From the NCBI GenBank assembly GCA_040437565.1, contig JBDOQK010000008.1, forward strand, positions 372,001-436,000: 64,000 nt of DNA, given 5' to 3'. The position numbers and the translations under genes were made by a program. The notes below the pieces were generated by a model, which did no database searches, was not told the origin of the DNA, and was given only the letters and a program-made list of their open reading frames with translations. Origin of the DNA: Albugo candida. Taxonomy: Eukaryota. Positions 48,068-61,068 of this stretch are shown here, piece after piece (the stretch's first letter is position 1; each line of letters opens with the position of its first letter).

Positions 48068-49673
48068 TGAACTCCACATACCGGCCTCATTGTAAGCGTG
48101 TGCTTGGGTCATCTTCAGATTCTTGTCCGTTTCCGAATCGTTATCAATTATCAGCGTATGCTTGTAGAATTATAAGCGCGTAGTATTTAAATTGTGGCGT
48201 TGACCTTGTGTACCTGGGAACAGATGCAGCAGCAGCAATATAAAGCGCCAATCTTAGGCTACTAGAAGCAACATTGTGCAATGCGATATGATACGATTCT
48301 CCTAATTCTTGTGTGGACAACCTCTTCGTATCGTTTATTACTTCTCGTCGCCCTTCGATTAGCGAATATACCTCCTGTAAATCAAAGAAAGTAAAAGTTT
48401 GATCCATAAATCCTGGTTCGTTGAGGGCACTTGATAAACGTGCCAGACCGTCTACTTGACAGACATCGCATATTTTTCCGCCTCCGATGCATAAAAAGCA
48501 AATGCTCGATGACTCTGTCAAGCATCAAGAATGGATTCCAGCGTTGCAGCCATCCTTAATGATTTCCTTAGCGGCCCTAACCCAATCCGTCAGCGTTTAG
48601 TTTTTGAGACTTAGAAGATATGTTGAAAGATTGTAAACAGCGCAAAGAGTTGAAGAAGAAAATTATCAACTCTTACTTGGTTGAGCGAATGAGAAACAGG
48701 ACGCAGTAGCAAATCACCATACCATACGATCAGGCAACATTACCACAATTAAACAAGTGTTGCCAAGGGGTCATCGACTGTTTAATGTCGCTTCTATGAA
48801 GCTTACTTCATTATCTAGATGAGGAGTATAGTTGGGTAGGCAACAAGACACTAATCTGCACTCACGAGACACGCTTCTTCTGAGGCAATAGTCCCTTGAA
48901 ATGTCTCCGCAGCGAGGTTTTTGGTAGGAGCGAGCTAAAATTTTGAACCGCTCTAATTCTCCAGATTTTGTATTGCCAAGACGAAAGAACGAATCACCAT
49001 TCCTGTACAGATGCAGGGGAAAATATACATCCGAGTACTCTCATTACCACTAAAACAAGTAAAGTTTTTATCAGGCCAGTGGGGTTTGTGGCTTCTGGAT
49101 CTTCTGATGAGTCAGATCGATCACCATGGCCGTTTGGCCGTTTTGCTAGTCAAATAGCGCGGAAAGTACTTGAAATGCTTCAGGAAGGCTTTACGAAGAC
49201 ATTCGAGTTTATAGTATGTTCACGATAAGATCGCCATCTAGGTATTACCAGCTTACTTCAGCAACGCCTGCAGTTGTCGGCGAGAGAATATAAGTGTCTC
49301 AAAGCATCAAGTATAATGACAACCCTCATATATTCTCTGCATGATATTCCATTCATCATCACATCTCGTCCTCGGTGACACCAATCACGCCTATACTAGA
49401 TTATATCGGCAAGTGTCTCCAATATTTTGATGGGGGATGTCCTCTACTTCAAGAGGAGAGTAGTAGCCTGCCTAGTTTGACCTTCACTCGTATAAGTGCT
49501 TCGGATGCGATCTTTATGTGCTTGTTTGGAAGACGAATGGTCAGGTGTACATCAGCTCATGAGTTAATATTTGCGGTGAAGTCGGACAGCTGTCAGATCG
49601 GTCTTCGTCGAAGTTCATACGTCGATTGTGCATCGAAGCAACGCAAAATCTTCAACGAGATCAACCGGTTTGT

Positions 49674-50397
49674 CTACAAATGGACATGGCACAGGCTTAT
49701 CCGGATCGGTTTGGCATTCGACTCTCGGAAAAGCAGGTTTCTTTCCAACCATACCTCAAAATTATGTTTTCCGAGCCGTTGGAAAGGCTTTACCACCGGA
49801 TAAGTCATACCCGATGTTGCTTCCCAAGTACCAGAACGTGATCGCAGCGGCACTTTAACCTGGTGACGGATTTTACGAGCTTTACGAACGTCTCCGTACA
49901 AGTATGCTACCAGTTTATTCGTATATCCAGTTCCTACTATCTTTTTTATTCTTATCAGTTCGTGCACGATATTGGTGCTTACAACAATCACATCCTGAAA
50001 TCATCATGTGCACTCAGAAGCATTGCGGTGAAGTGGGAAGCTACCAGTATTTGGCTTTCGACTGCAGCAGGGCAAGTCCAACCTGAAAAGCTTCCCGTCT
50101 TCTTTTCTGTTCGACCACGATGATATGTGCACGGATTCCTGGACTTCGTGATGCGTGGAAACCCGTTCGACTGGTTCTGGAGTATCTATGGTTTGCATCA
50201 ATCGCGGTTGCGATATATTTATTTGGATGGCCCGGAATCGCAGACTTTTCGCCCACGGCACTTCAACACCTACTTTCTCTTCTGTTTCGGTGATTTGTAG
50301 CACACTCAGCGCTCCCATCTGATATATTTCCAACGGCGATGGTATGGTACTGAGCAGCTGGAGCAATAGAGCAAAGTAATAGAGTTATATTAACATA
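49674..50397 (-). pseudogene. Possible pseudogenised secreted-protein gene
   Basis: Reads MLI*LYYFALLLQLLSTIPS (signal-peptide-like with an in-frame TAA), followed by broken ORFs 50004-50366 and 49674-49991. No family recognised. Confidence 0.3.
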
Positions 50398-51000
50398 TTG
50401 GTTCAGCACGGAGATATATCTCTGCTCGTACCAGTCTACTTCAGCTTCGAGGACGGTAAAGATCACAAGTCGATGCTGGGTAGCTTTTCTACTCAGTACT
50501 ACTTCTTTTCTATCCGCTGAACTGCGGTGTGGATGATTAATTGTAGTCTAGGCATTTAGAGAAGTCATTCATTTGCGTCTAACTCTAGCAACATAGACGA
50601 CATCAACTAAGCGCTTCGCAAATTTAGTCAATCGTCCAGCATATACTGGACGATAATCACTTGAGTCGGGATTGTACGAGTGTGATCTCCTAATTGATAT
50701 CATGGAACCTATCGACTGTTATAAAAGTACCAAAACATCTCTCTCTCAATTAAACATGCTCGGAGGTGCATCATGCAGAAAATCAAACGCGCAATACAAT
50801 ATTACTTGCACAATTGGCAAGCGCAATGTGTTAATAAAACTTCGAACCCTCCAAACAGACAGTAGAAGTGCGAACTTTTTTTTAAACCACTCTACCAATA
50901 TTTGCAATTATCAAATTTCAAGCTGATGCTGCACTACTCAATTCACAAATCCTACGGTGGTCTACTAATTAAATCAATGTTGTGATTCTCACGCTGATTT

Positions 51001-52245
51001 ATGATGACACAATGCCCAGATCCAATTGGTGTTTTACGTGGACACATTGCTTCTGTGAACTCTGTCAATTTTCTCACATCTTCTAGATTATTATCGGGGT
51101 CGGGTGATGGGGTGATCAAATTGTGGGATGTAGCGCAACGTCGAGAAATAACAAGCAATACGGCCCATTCAAAAGCTGGTGTATTACAAATTGCTCCGAT
51201 TTCGCCCTATCAAGTTCTGACGCAAGGACGAGATGGTTTTGTGCGATTATGGGACACCGCAAGATTTTCTGAAAAGACAACCCCCGTCAGTTCATATTAC
51301 TGTGGGTCTTTTTCGTTCACAAAATGCGCTACGATGAGATGGGAAAGTCAGGTCGAAGCTGAATTTAAGCATCTCGTAGTGTGCCCCGGCAGCCATTTTC
51401 AAGAGGTTCAAATTTGTAGTCTATACTTGCCAATTCAGTTTTCATCCTACAAACAATATCTATCGTACCATTGATAGATACTTGTTTATGATTTGCGGGT
51501 GGAATCTGCAACTCCTGCAATAAAAATGAAATCGATCGGAGAAGCGAAAGGTACAAAAACATCAGACTGGTTGATAACGACAATTACCACTTTTATCCAC
51601 GTAGGGATGTGCATGTCCTTATGTATTATTCAACCTTCGACTCGCATTGAGAATTGTACAATATCGAAGCAATGCGTTGTCGTAGGCCATGAAGGAGGAC
51701 AAGTTGAAGTTATGGATATGCGTCATGGGCAGTGCAGTCTTTTTGAAACGGAAATCAGTGCAGAAAAAATGCCTGGTAATGCCTTCCATATGTTTCGGAG
51801 AAGCGACTCCTACTTATCTTCTTGCGTAGTCCTATCAATAGAGACTGTGTGCAAAGGCAGTCGAATCATTTGTGGAACATCGGAGCAGGTGATAATTGGT
51901 GCTGAGCTGAACTGGGATGTCCCAACATTCACACGCGTTAGCGAGATTCACCGCTGTAAATTTGGAGGAATTTCTAGTATAAGTGTTCGGCCGGACGAGC
52001 GAATATTTGCTACTACTGGATGGGATCGAAGGTAAGCCATTCATTCAAAAGACTCTAAACGCTCTATTAGTCACCTACTGATCAGGACAAGAATTTTTCA
52101 CACACGAAAATCGCGTCCTCTGGCAATCCTCAAATATCACACTGATTCAGTTTTTGATGCAGCGTTCAGTCCTGATAGCAAGATTCTCGCAACAAGCTCC
52201 AAAGACAAAAAGATTGCTTTGTGGTCAATCTACCGACCTGATTAA
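51001..52245 (+). CDS. GNB1L: WD40 protein of the GNB1L/ASA1 family, multi-exon
   Basis: [72 protein letters not shown]...[12 protein letters not shown]. Confidence 0.85.
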
Positions 52246-54030
52246 ATGCATATTCTACACGCATACTCGCATGCTTTATCGAAGTTGAAGGAAGCGACGT
52301 TACGATGGATATCGAAGGAGGCCAACAGCAGATACATATTGCGAAGTTGGAATTAAATGATCCGAAAGCCTTGTAAGAAATTGAGGAGACTAAATCACAT
52401 GCGTCGACGCAGCCTAACCTTAATAAAATGAACTTATTATCGCTATTTGGTGGTTTAAGAGACGATGATTATCACCCTTGCGTGATACACTTGATGATTT
52501 GCGACTAGCTCCAGCTTGATGTGACAGGAATAGGTCATAGCGCATGCTCCAGTAGCCGACTATAAGTTTCCTTGAATGAAGCCTCTATCTTGAATTGCTT
52601 ACGAATTTACTTGCACAGCATTTGTGGCAGCGCCATCAGAGTTGCTAAGTAGCAAGCACCAAGCATCATCATCAATCATCACCTAACGAACACATTGTGG
52701 AATCTGGACAAAAAGGCAAAGAGCCGCACACAGTAGAGAATTTTCGAGGCCTCACTCATATCACCCTAATGCTTCGCGAAGTTCTCTTTGATAAAAATGT
52801 CTTGCGCATATGCAATGATTATCGACATTGCGAGCTTGTGGTCATCTTTTGAAAATGCGGCTGGCTTGATGCTCAGTCGGCATGCAGTATCAGTCAGCAT
52901 TCGAACATCAATGAGAATCCTCAGCATGTGCTTGCAAACTGCGATATTGTTGCGGAGTATTCAGCGCCAAGACAGCAAGGATGCAGTTCCTATCCACTGA
53001 AACTCCTTTTATCTTGTTTGTCCAGCAATTTGGATAGGAGGAAGTAAGAACACTGGAATCTCATATTACCCTGCAGCTGAAGGTCACATCTTCCCCTTTA
53101 AGGACCGATTACCATCTCATCCCTTGGAAACAATTCCTGAATTATATTCGATCGGCCAGAATTCTGCTTGTGCAAGCAAGCCTTATCATAGACTGCGTTT
53201 GTGTAGCCGTAGCCGAGAAACCCAACTATTCTGGCGTTTTGGCCAAAACAAAGGCTCCAGCCGCTTTTCGGTGGTTATAATCCATCAGTTATCTGTTCGA
53301 TTGAGGTCTTGGAAACTTATGCTTGGCTCACATCGACATGAGAAAGAATGTGGATCGTGTATCAGACAATTAGAAGAGTGCTATCTTATGCGCCTTGTGT
53401 AGATCCAACGCATATTCAGAGAAATGTGCTACGTTTTGTGATTGTACAGTGTAGCATCATGCGAAACGAGGCGTTCACTATGTCCATCCTTTCAGATTGC
53501 GCCGATGCCAAGCTTTTATAAGCTTCTGTAGACCACTTGCTTTATGAGCAAAGAAACCGATTGAATATGCAGAAAGTCTGTTTCTTAAAGTGCGTTACTC
53601 ATACATAGCAGTGGAGGAGACAAATTGTTACATATTTCGGAGAGGTAGTGAGATGGATATAATTTCATAATGCTATGGTTTTGTATACAATCTCAAGCGA
53701 GGGCGGCGCTGAAAGTGGCTTACTTCAAAGCTTATAGACATAGTACATCAAACATCAAGCGCAATCATTCGACTTCGCTTTTAAATAGCCATTCAAAATA
53801 TTGTTTAAGTTGCCAGTTTCTCACTTTACTTGCGACGCCGCCTATTCCACCGTGCAAAGCGATAAAGAAACTACTCTGAGGAATCCAAAGTCCCATGCAT
53901 CGAGTAGCGCATTTTGTGTACAACGTCAGCATTAAGTCAGCAACGAGTGGCAGCCTTTGTTTGACACAACTCCAAAGCGTCAAAGTCATTTTATATCTCA
54001 AACATTTAGGCCTAGCTAATCCTATCATAC

Positions 54031-56317
54031 CTAAGAAAATTCTGACTCTTTGGTGTTGATTCCGTGCTCCGATTTGAACGTAAACTTATCCGACAAACTT
54101 CTGACTATTTCGTATAAATCTCGGACAGAATCGTCAGTGAATTCCGGTGGAAGTGCCTTCAAATTCCGGACAGAATCATTGAATGGTTGGATGAAAGCAT
54201 CCAACTGAGAAGGAAGCTCATGGTGCATTGCATCTTCATGCTGAAGAAATATTGTGCCGATCAGTAGCGATGTACAAGCAAGGTGCAAGTATAATTCATA
54301 CTGGGTCAAATCTTGGCAAAATTTCTTATTCTGAGTGAAAATCGTTCCATAAGCGCATGTCATAGGCATGATGAATTTGAGAGCATGGATCCATTGTGAT
54401 GCATATCGTGCAATCGTTATAGTGCGGTCACGATTAAGCATTAATGTGTTGATCAGAATTCCCAAGCATAAACTTAGGGTGGGAACTGATTCATAATCGA
54501 CATCAATACGCCTGCACAAATTGCACGTAAATGCGAAGATACGTTGCTGGACCTCAGCATTGTCCATGATAGCATACGCGGCCTTCGCATTTGTAGTGAT
54601 TTGAAGAATCCCGGGAAGTAAAAAGTGAAGCGGATCAAGAGTACGAGAATCCTGTGTGACTCTCTCGGCGCTGATACTCAATTTGTCTAGATAGCCATTC
54701 ACGTCCTTTGCAACATTCGGGTTGTAGCAGATGAGAAAAGGTAGCATATCATGCTTGTAAATCAGTTCTTCGGAATCTTCAAGACTTTCCGCGATCCACG
54801 CGCCGTAAAATCGTATACTTGCATAGGTGATGATATGTACTGCCTCGGTTAATCGATTGTCATGTAATTCCAAAGCGGTGTATAAATGCGACTTCATAAA
54901 GTCTCTTATGAGACACAACATGGTCGCAACAACTGTAGACAATTCCGTAAGCGTTTGCTGAAGTTGAAATAGCGCCTCAAACGGTATGGGCAATTCTGTT
55001 CCAGACGACGACTTTGCAAGCCAACTAATGATCACTTCGACTATGCCATAACAAATGGGAAGAACGTTTAGAATTCGATCAATCCCTTCTTCACGCTCCT
55101 TAAGGTCAGTAACAGCGATGACATCAGAATGATCAGGTTTTATGATGCTTTCTTCAGCTTCATCAAGTGATAGTTTGATCTAGTAAAAGTGCAAAAAATC
55201 ACCTTCTAAATATCAAAGAATAGCCTCTATTACCTACCTCGATGGCCACCAGTTTTAGTAATAGAATAAGAAATTTGCTGTCATGAGCCTTATCCATTGT
55301 AAACATCTGGTCACATTCAACGTGATTCAAGAGTCCATACACACATGTCCAAACTTGATCTCGTTCTCGCTGGGGCCACTTTTGACGTAATACATGCTCC
55401 AGACCACGTCTCAAATCTAATAAACAGCAATCTCGTATGCTACCCCAAATATCGAGCCATTTTGTGCTCTCTATAATAATTTTTAGAATTTGAAAGTTGC
55501 CAGCTTTAATGTACTTGTTAGCGAACTCGAAACATATGAAACCGTATGTTTCCAAGTGCATTTGACTCCAGAATTCCTTATTTGCAGACAATTCTGCGAG
55601 TAACGACCATAAATCATTTAAGATTGCCATTCTCTTCTCATTCGTTTCCCCAACGATTTTCTTTTCGTCTAGTTCGCCACTAATTGTTTTCACAATACCA
55701 AACAGTTGTGTGATGATCCTCTTCCGTAACAATAGCTACGTCACCAATTAAATACCTTCGATGTTGCATCAAGCTCGCGTTCTTACCTCTTGACCGCGCT
55801 CGATTCGAGTGAAATTGTTGAGAATAGCGATGCAATCTGAAGTCATATCAGACACAGGAGATTTTAGCAAGTCAGCACACAAGTGCAAAAGAAGTCGTTC
55901 TTGGGCATATTCCGGGGCTAAAGTAGGATCCTGTGTGAAGCTTCAAGCCAGGATTTAGTCTCGTTCGTACGCTTTACTACGCAGTATGCTCGTACCTCGC
56001 CAGTATATTATATGCCAATGAACGCAGTGCTTCATTTTCGTCAATTCCTTTGTACATAACAACGTCATTTACCTCATCTTTCAACTTTTTATAGTCACAA
56101 GCTGCATACCTTTTGTATCGAGCAAACGAGGAATAAAATCTCTTCCCAACACCTGGGAAATTTGACGCTGGAATTCACATTTCTGCTGGATTGATAATGT
56201 GTCAAGCTTTGTGATCATGTACAATCCAGCGAAAATGTGCTCATCAGACGGCCCTTGTAGCATTGCGATACAGGTTTCCATGCGTTTTGCGTCATTCGTA
56301 TCGTTCGTATCGACCAT
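54031..56317 (-). CDS. NCDN: Neurochondrin homolog, multi-exon
   Basis: CIAMLQGPSDEHIFAGLYMITKL...GRDFIPRLLDT; FLILLLKLVAIE; ASIRFYGAWIAES; DPLHFLLPG. Confidence 0.82.
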
Positions 56318-56702
56318 TGTTACTTTCCAAGCACGATTTAGTGGTACCAGTTAGCGCACCATAAATAAGGTACAGGTACCTGCTGTCGAACGCACACCAT
56401 GCGTACCTCGCATATCAGCGAACGCATCTCAATCGTAGCGATTGACTTTCCTCTTCCGTCAGATGATGCGTTTTTTTCCAAATTTCGGGAAATGTATTAT
56501 AATAATTCGAGCATACAAATCTCAGTTGACTTATCTATTTCTTCGATAATTTCGTTAGCGGTTGTGTGCACGGACGTGCGAACATTAAAATTTCATTAGC
56601 CGGACATAATCTCTTCCAAACAAATAAGTTCTTTGGCCGCAGTATTAAAGCTGTGACTACGGTTAATACAGCGTCACTTCTTTTGACATAGTTTTCTCCT
56701 AA

Positions 56703-58677
56703 ATGACGCTTCAATGGAAGCACCACGTTGTGAATGATGTCACTGAGGACAAGACGAGTGTTGAGACGTCGAGCGTCCGTCAAAGAACGAGCACATCATC
56801 TCCTTTGGATATATACGAGGATGACTCCGGAAGACCTTCCAATCACAGCAATTCTAGCAGCGGTACTGGCAACACGCAATACAATTTTGCGGGTGGTAAG
56901 GGACCACTGCGAGCCGTTCATTTTTCAGACACAAAGGGACTGGAATTAACACAAGCTGTCCAAGGTGATACGTATTACCCAACTCCACAAATGGCACGTT
57001 CGATCGTTCACAATGGCTCACTTCGAAGATTCACTGCGGATGAAGTTGAATTATACTTTTCAGAGGACGTTCACCGGTATCCTGTCACTCCAAATGATTA
57101 CGCAGTACGAAAGCTACAGCAGCGATGCGATATTCTGATCGCTGGAAGCATGGAGCTTATGAAGAAAAAAACGCTCGTGCTGTCAAAATGGCGCAAATGT
57201 CGGGCTGAATTACATCATGGAGTCTTGATTTTGCGGCCTATAAAAGAAGGTGGAAGTAGTGGGAAAAAACGAACAATTATTCCGATCGCTTCCTGTAAAG
57301 TTGATTTTGCTGCATTGGCGGAGCATCAGCTAGAGATTACATTTACCTATCAGCTTGAAACGGCTAAACGCCGCGTACGGCTGGAAAGTATGACGGATAT
57401 GTTCATGTGGTGGTGGGGAATCCAATTAGCATCAAAATGTCGTTGTGATATGGAGCAGCTGCATCAAGCGATCCAGAGTAAGGGAAAAGCTGATAAACGA
57501 GATGCAAAGGGATTGAGTGAGCGTCCATATTCAACATCTGCTTTGCATCACTTGGGCAATCCCCACCAAGCGTATGCAAATGCTGATACAAGAACTCTTA
57601 ATGGCTCAAGCTCTGATGTTTGTACGTTTTTCCCAAGGACCATGGCAAGGAAAGAGACGGTGCAAGTGCAGGGCACAAATGGAGCGAGTGAGATAATTAG
57701 TACGATATCAGCAGGTATACCGATGATGTCGGATGGTCCCGCTATGATCCATAGTAAGGCAACCATGACAACGGGCGTGACACATCTCCTGCTTATTCGT
57801 CACGCTGAGGCAGAGAACATTCAATTTCGCGTATCAGATCGAGATAAATATNNNNNNNNNNNNNNNNNNNNNNNNNNNNNNNNNNNNNNNNNNNNNNNNN
57901 NNNNNNNNNNNNNNNNNNNNNNNNNNNNNNNNNNNNNNNNNNNNNNNNNNNCAAGTGCAGGGCACAAATGGAGCGAGTGAGATAATTAGTACGATATCAG
58001 CAGGTATACCGATGATGTCGGATGGTCCCGCTATGATCCATAGTAAGGCAACCATGACAACGGGCGTGACACATCTCCTGCTTATTCGTCACGCTGAGGC
58101 AGAGAACATTCAATTTCGCGTATCAGATCGAGATAAATATCTGACTGAACGTGGTCAAAGACAAGCCGAAAAAACAGCTCAGTACCTGGAGAAGCAGTTG
58201 CGGGAGGTAATGGCTTCTGATGATAATGTAGAGCTGATTTACGGCGGACTGCTTCGGTCGGTTGAAACTGCACAAGTGTTCCATAAACATATACCGTGGC
58301 TACGGCATTCGTATCACTGTTGTTTTCTGGAAGATGGAGCTCCGAAGGAGATAGGTCCCTTGTATCGCCAGGAATACCGAAATGCTATGCATAAAATGGC
58401 GTTCGAATTCATTTGTCATTGGGACGCTCATGAGGACAAAAGTCGCTCCGTTCCCATTACTGATTTGGAGAAATACAAAATTGTCATTTGCCATACAAGC
58501 TTCATTCAATATTGTCTAGCTCAATGCTACCAAATATCCAAAGATATTATACAGCTTGGTGCACCTATCGCACACTGCAGCATCAGTCAAATTGATATAA
58601 AGAAAGGCGAATCAATGACAGCAACTTACTCAAATCGTGTCACGCACTTACCATTAACGCATCGAACCACCGACTAG
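56703..58677 (+). CDS. PH-like domain fused to a PGAM5-like histidine phosphatase
   Basis: [24 protein letters not shown]...[15 protein letters not shown] (PH-like); [41 protein letters not shown]. The ORF is split only by a gap overlap (57663-57851 repeats at ~57952-58140). Confidence 0.8.
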
Positions 58678-58705
58678 TGATCAACCCGATCTATGAGCAT
58701 CCAGA

Positions 58706-59895
58706 TCAACCAGTGATCAAACGCTTGGACGATTGAAAGTGCTTGCCACATGCCACACAGCTACGAGAACATAGACCACGAGATAAGCCTGACAAAGCCG
58801 AGTTCCAGAGTGAAGTACATACGCGAAATTTGCATCGTTTGAAGCACTGAGATAAAGACAATAGTAGCAGTACACGTGGTTGCACGATGTTATGTACGGC
58901 GTCTGATGTTATTTGGAAATTGAGGTCACTCTTCAGCATTTTTTGCAATGTTACCTGTGGCGGAATCCCACACAACAAGCAACAATCACTCGACATTGTG
59001 AGCGCTTGCTTGTGCCTTTGTTTGAGTTTACTGGCAACGCGTCGATATAAAAACACGAACAAAGGGAGGAATGTACTACCCAGATCCTACAACAGATATT
59101 GAGGTCAATGGATGCGAGATCGAAAGTTACGAATACTACAGACTACCGTGAATGTTTTCCACAGCTGTTGTCTCGTTATGGGCTCATAACTGATCATGCA
59201 AGATTGTTCATTTGTTGATTTCTGTCAGTCAAAAGGTATAATGACTTGATGACATGTTCTGAGGCCTTACGTACCAGTCCCATTCCAAGTAAACGCTCCT
59301 CAAATGAGCGGAAGCGTCCATGTTTCAAGAAAGCAAGTAAATTGAGAAATTGACACGCTGAAATCACTACTTCTAATCGCTTGAAATATGCTACAAAATC
59401 TGAAATTTGCCACTAGCTCAAAACATCATTGATGAGTAGACTGCCATTCGATATCGCCATTATGATCTACCCTGGTTCTAGACGTATCAGTTTCATAATT
59501 TCTCGTTCTTTGGGTTGTCAGGATGGACGGGAAACGCTTCCACATGTACGGCATCGCGATCGTGAGTATGTAGTACGCAAACAAAGTGCGAGTCCGAAAT
59601 GCGCTTTGGCAGAACTTGACATTTTGCAACTTCATACCTGGTGTCGGCTGTAGTGAGATGGTGGGTGAGGAGAAGAAATGACGTACGAATGTAAATACTC
59701 GTAGTGTACTTTGTGAATGAATGTCGAACACGTGAAGATAAATGAACGAATCAAAGCGTTTATTTCCGGCGCAAGAGACTCCACCAATCCGGGTCGAAAT
59801 TTATCGAACAATCGGGTGGTAGATTCTCGCATTATACCAGCAATCTCATCATCCAAAATTGCGGCATCGTGTTGCTGGACGCGAGTGCAAGGCAT
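58706..59895 (-). CDS. PEX2: Peroxin 2 (Pex2/Pex12 N-terminal domain plus C3HC4 RING), multi-exon
   Basis: RVQQHDAAILDDEI...FRPGLVESLAPEINAL; TPGMKLQNVKF; NLLAFLKHGRFRSFEERLLG; spliced RING CLLC...PYITSCNHVYCYYC...CVACG. Confidence 0.88.
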
Positions 59896-60366
59896 TATAA
59901 AACAGTACCGTATATCACATTCTGGTTCACGGTTCAAACGCGAAGAACTTCGAACCGCTTATTTGAGATTCAAAACCACTGTCTGTTAACGCTTCTTTCC
60001 GCTTTATGTGATCCCATCACAATCGGCTCAACGCCACTGATACTGTCTAGATAAAGGACAGTGATACCTGACGTATCCACGAAATCATGGGTTCCCCGTC
60101 CTGTGCGGATCTGAGCTAATTGCTATAAAATCTATGAAGCGCTACAATGGACTTATACTTACTGAGTATTATATGCGTCCCAAATTCTCACTTGCTTTAC
60201 TTGTTTACATGAATATAATCAGAGAAAATGCACGCAATCGATAGGTATACGTTCGGTATCCGTACTACGTTAAAGAGATCATTTGGGTGTCATTCGAAGC
60301 ATACGAAATAGGAAGTATGAATTAATATCTAACAATTTTCTACAGAGAATGCGCCTGGCTCAGACC

Positions 60367-61068
60367 TCACTGGCTACAAAACTGCTGAATTCGCGCCGAG
60401 TCGTCTTCTTTGATGAGTGCGTTTGTCTTGCAATCAATTGAGCAAAATCCTGGCGTTCGATTCAGTGACTCCAAGTAGGTCTGAAGGCAGTTGCTGCACT
60501 TATTTATCTCAGTAATGATTCCGCTGTCGCATTCATAAGGGACGGATTTAGCGCATGGATCATCACTAAGATAGTAGAATGCTGTTCGTAATGACCCGCT
60601 CCACGGTTTGGCCAAGACGAAACCCTCCTCAACAAGATGAAGAAAAAGTGAGGACGCCGTACTTCGACTTTCGGCTACTCTAGCATCCACCAGCCAATTG
60701 ACGGCCTCAGACTGGACAAAGAATCGGTAGGATATCTTAACGTGCTTTTGGTTCGAATGCGATGCCAGAATCTCGAGTGCGGCACCTAGAATGGATGGAT
60801 CCAAATCATTGCCACATGATGTCACATCTCCGGGAGATTGAGACTGAAAAATACATTTACAACTCTTGCAGACTCTCACTGGTCGATCGTGTTCCAATTC
60901 TGGTACTCGATGGTAATAGAGACTGCAACTTGCACACACTATTTCCTGACACGCACCACAATGATATATGGTTACGGCTGATTTTGAGAGTTTGAGCTTG
61001 CAGCAGGTGCATGAGCTTGCTTTGGCATGTGGAGAAAGTGTTTTCTCGTTTTTCGGCACCGAAAGCAT
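60367..61068 (-). CDS. Atypical FYVE-like finger plus DEP domain plus FCS-type zinc finger protein
   Basis: CTCC...YHCGACQEIVCASCS...VRVCKSC; FFVQSEAVNWLV...RSTASSLFLHLVEEGFV...FYYL (DEP); CSNC...GFCSIDC. Confidence 0.7.
   Translation of the reverse strand: MLSVPKNEKTLSPHAKASSCTCCKLKLSKSAVTIYHCGACQEIVCASCSLYYHRVPELEHDRPVRVCKSCKCIFQSQSPGDVTSCGNDLDPSILGAALEILASHSNQKHVKISYRFFVQSEAVNWLVDARVAESRSTASSLFLHLVEEGFVLAKPWSGSLRTAFYYLSDDPCAKSVPYECDSGIITEINKCSNCLQTYLESLNRTPGFCSIDCKTNALIKEDDSARIQQFCSQ

Noticed and set aside
48144-48521. CHxC/CCG effector (CFLCIGGG)
   Set aside because: No ATG or signal peptide, and the motif is too short to be diagnostic.
50631-50654. Hairpin ATCGTCCAG-N6-CTGGACGAT
   Set aside because: An isolated 9-bp inverted repeat with no supporting context; could arise by chance.
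52250-54000. Additional gene between GNB1L and neurochondrin
   Set aside because: Only short ORFs; no recognisable motifs or convincing splice path.
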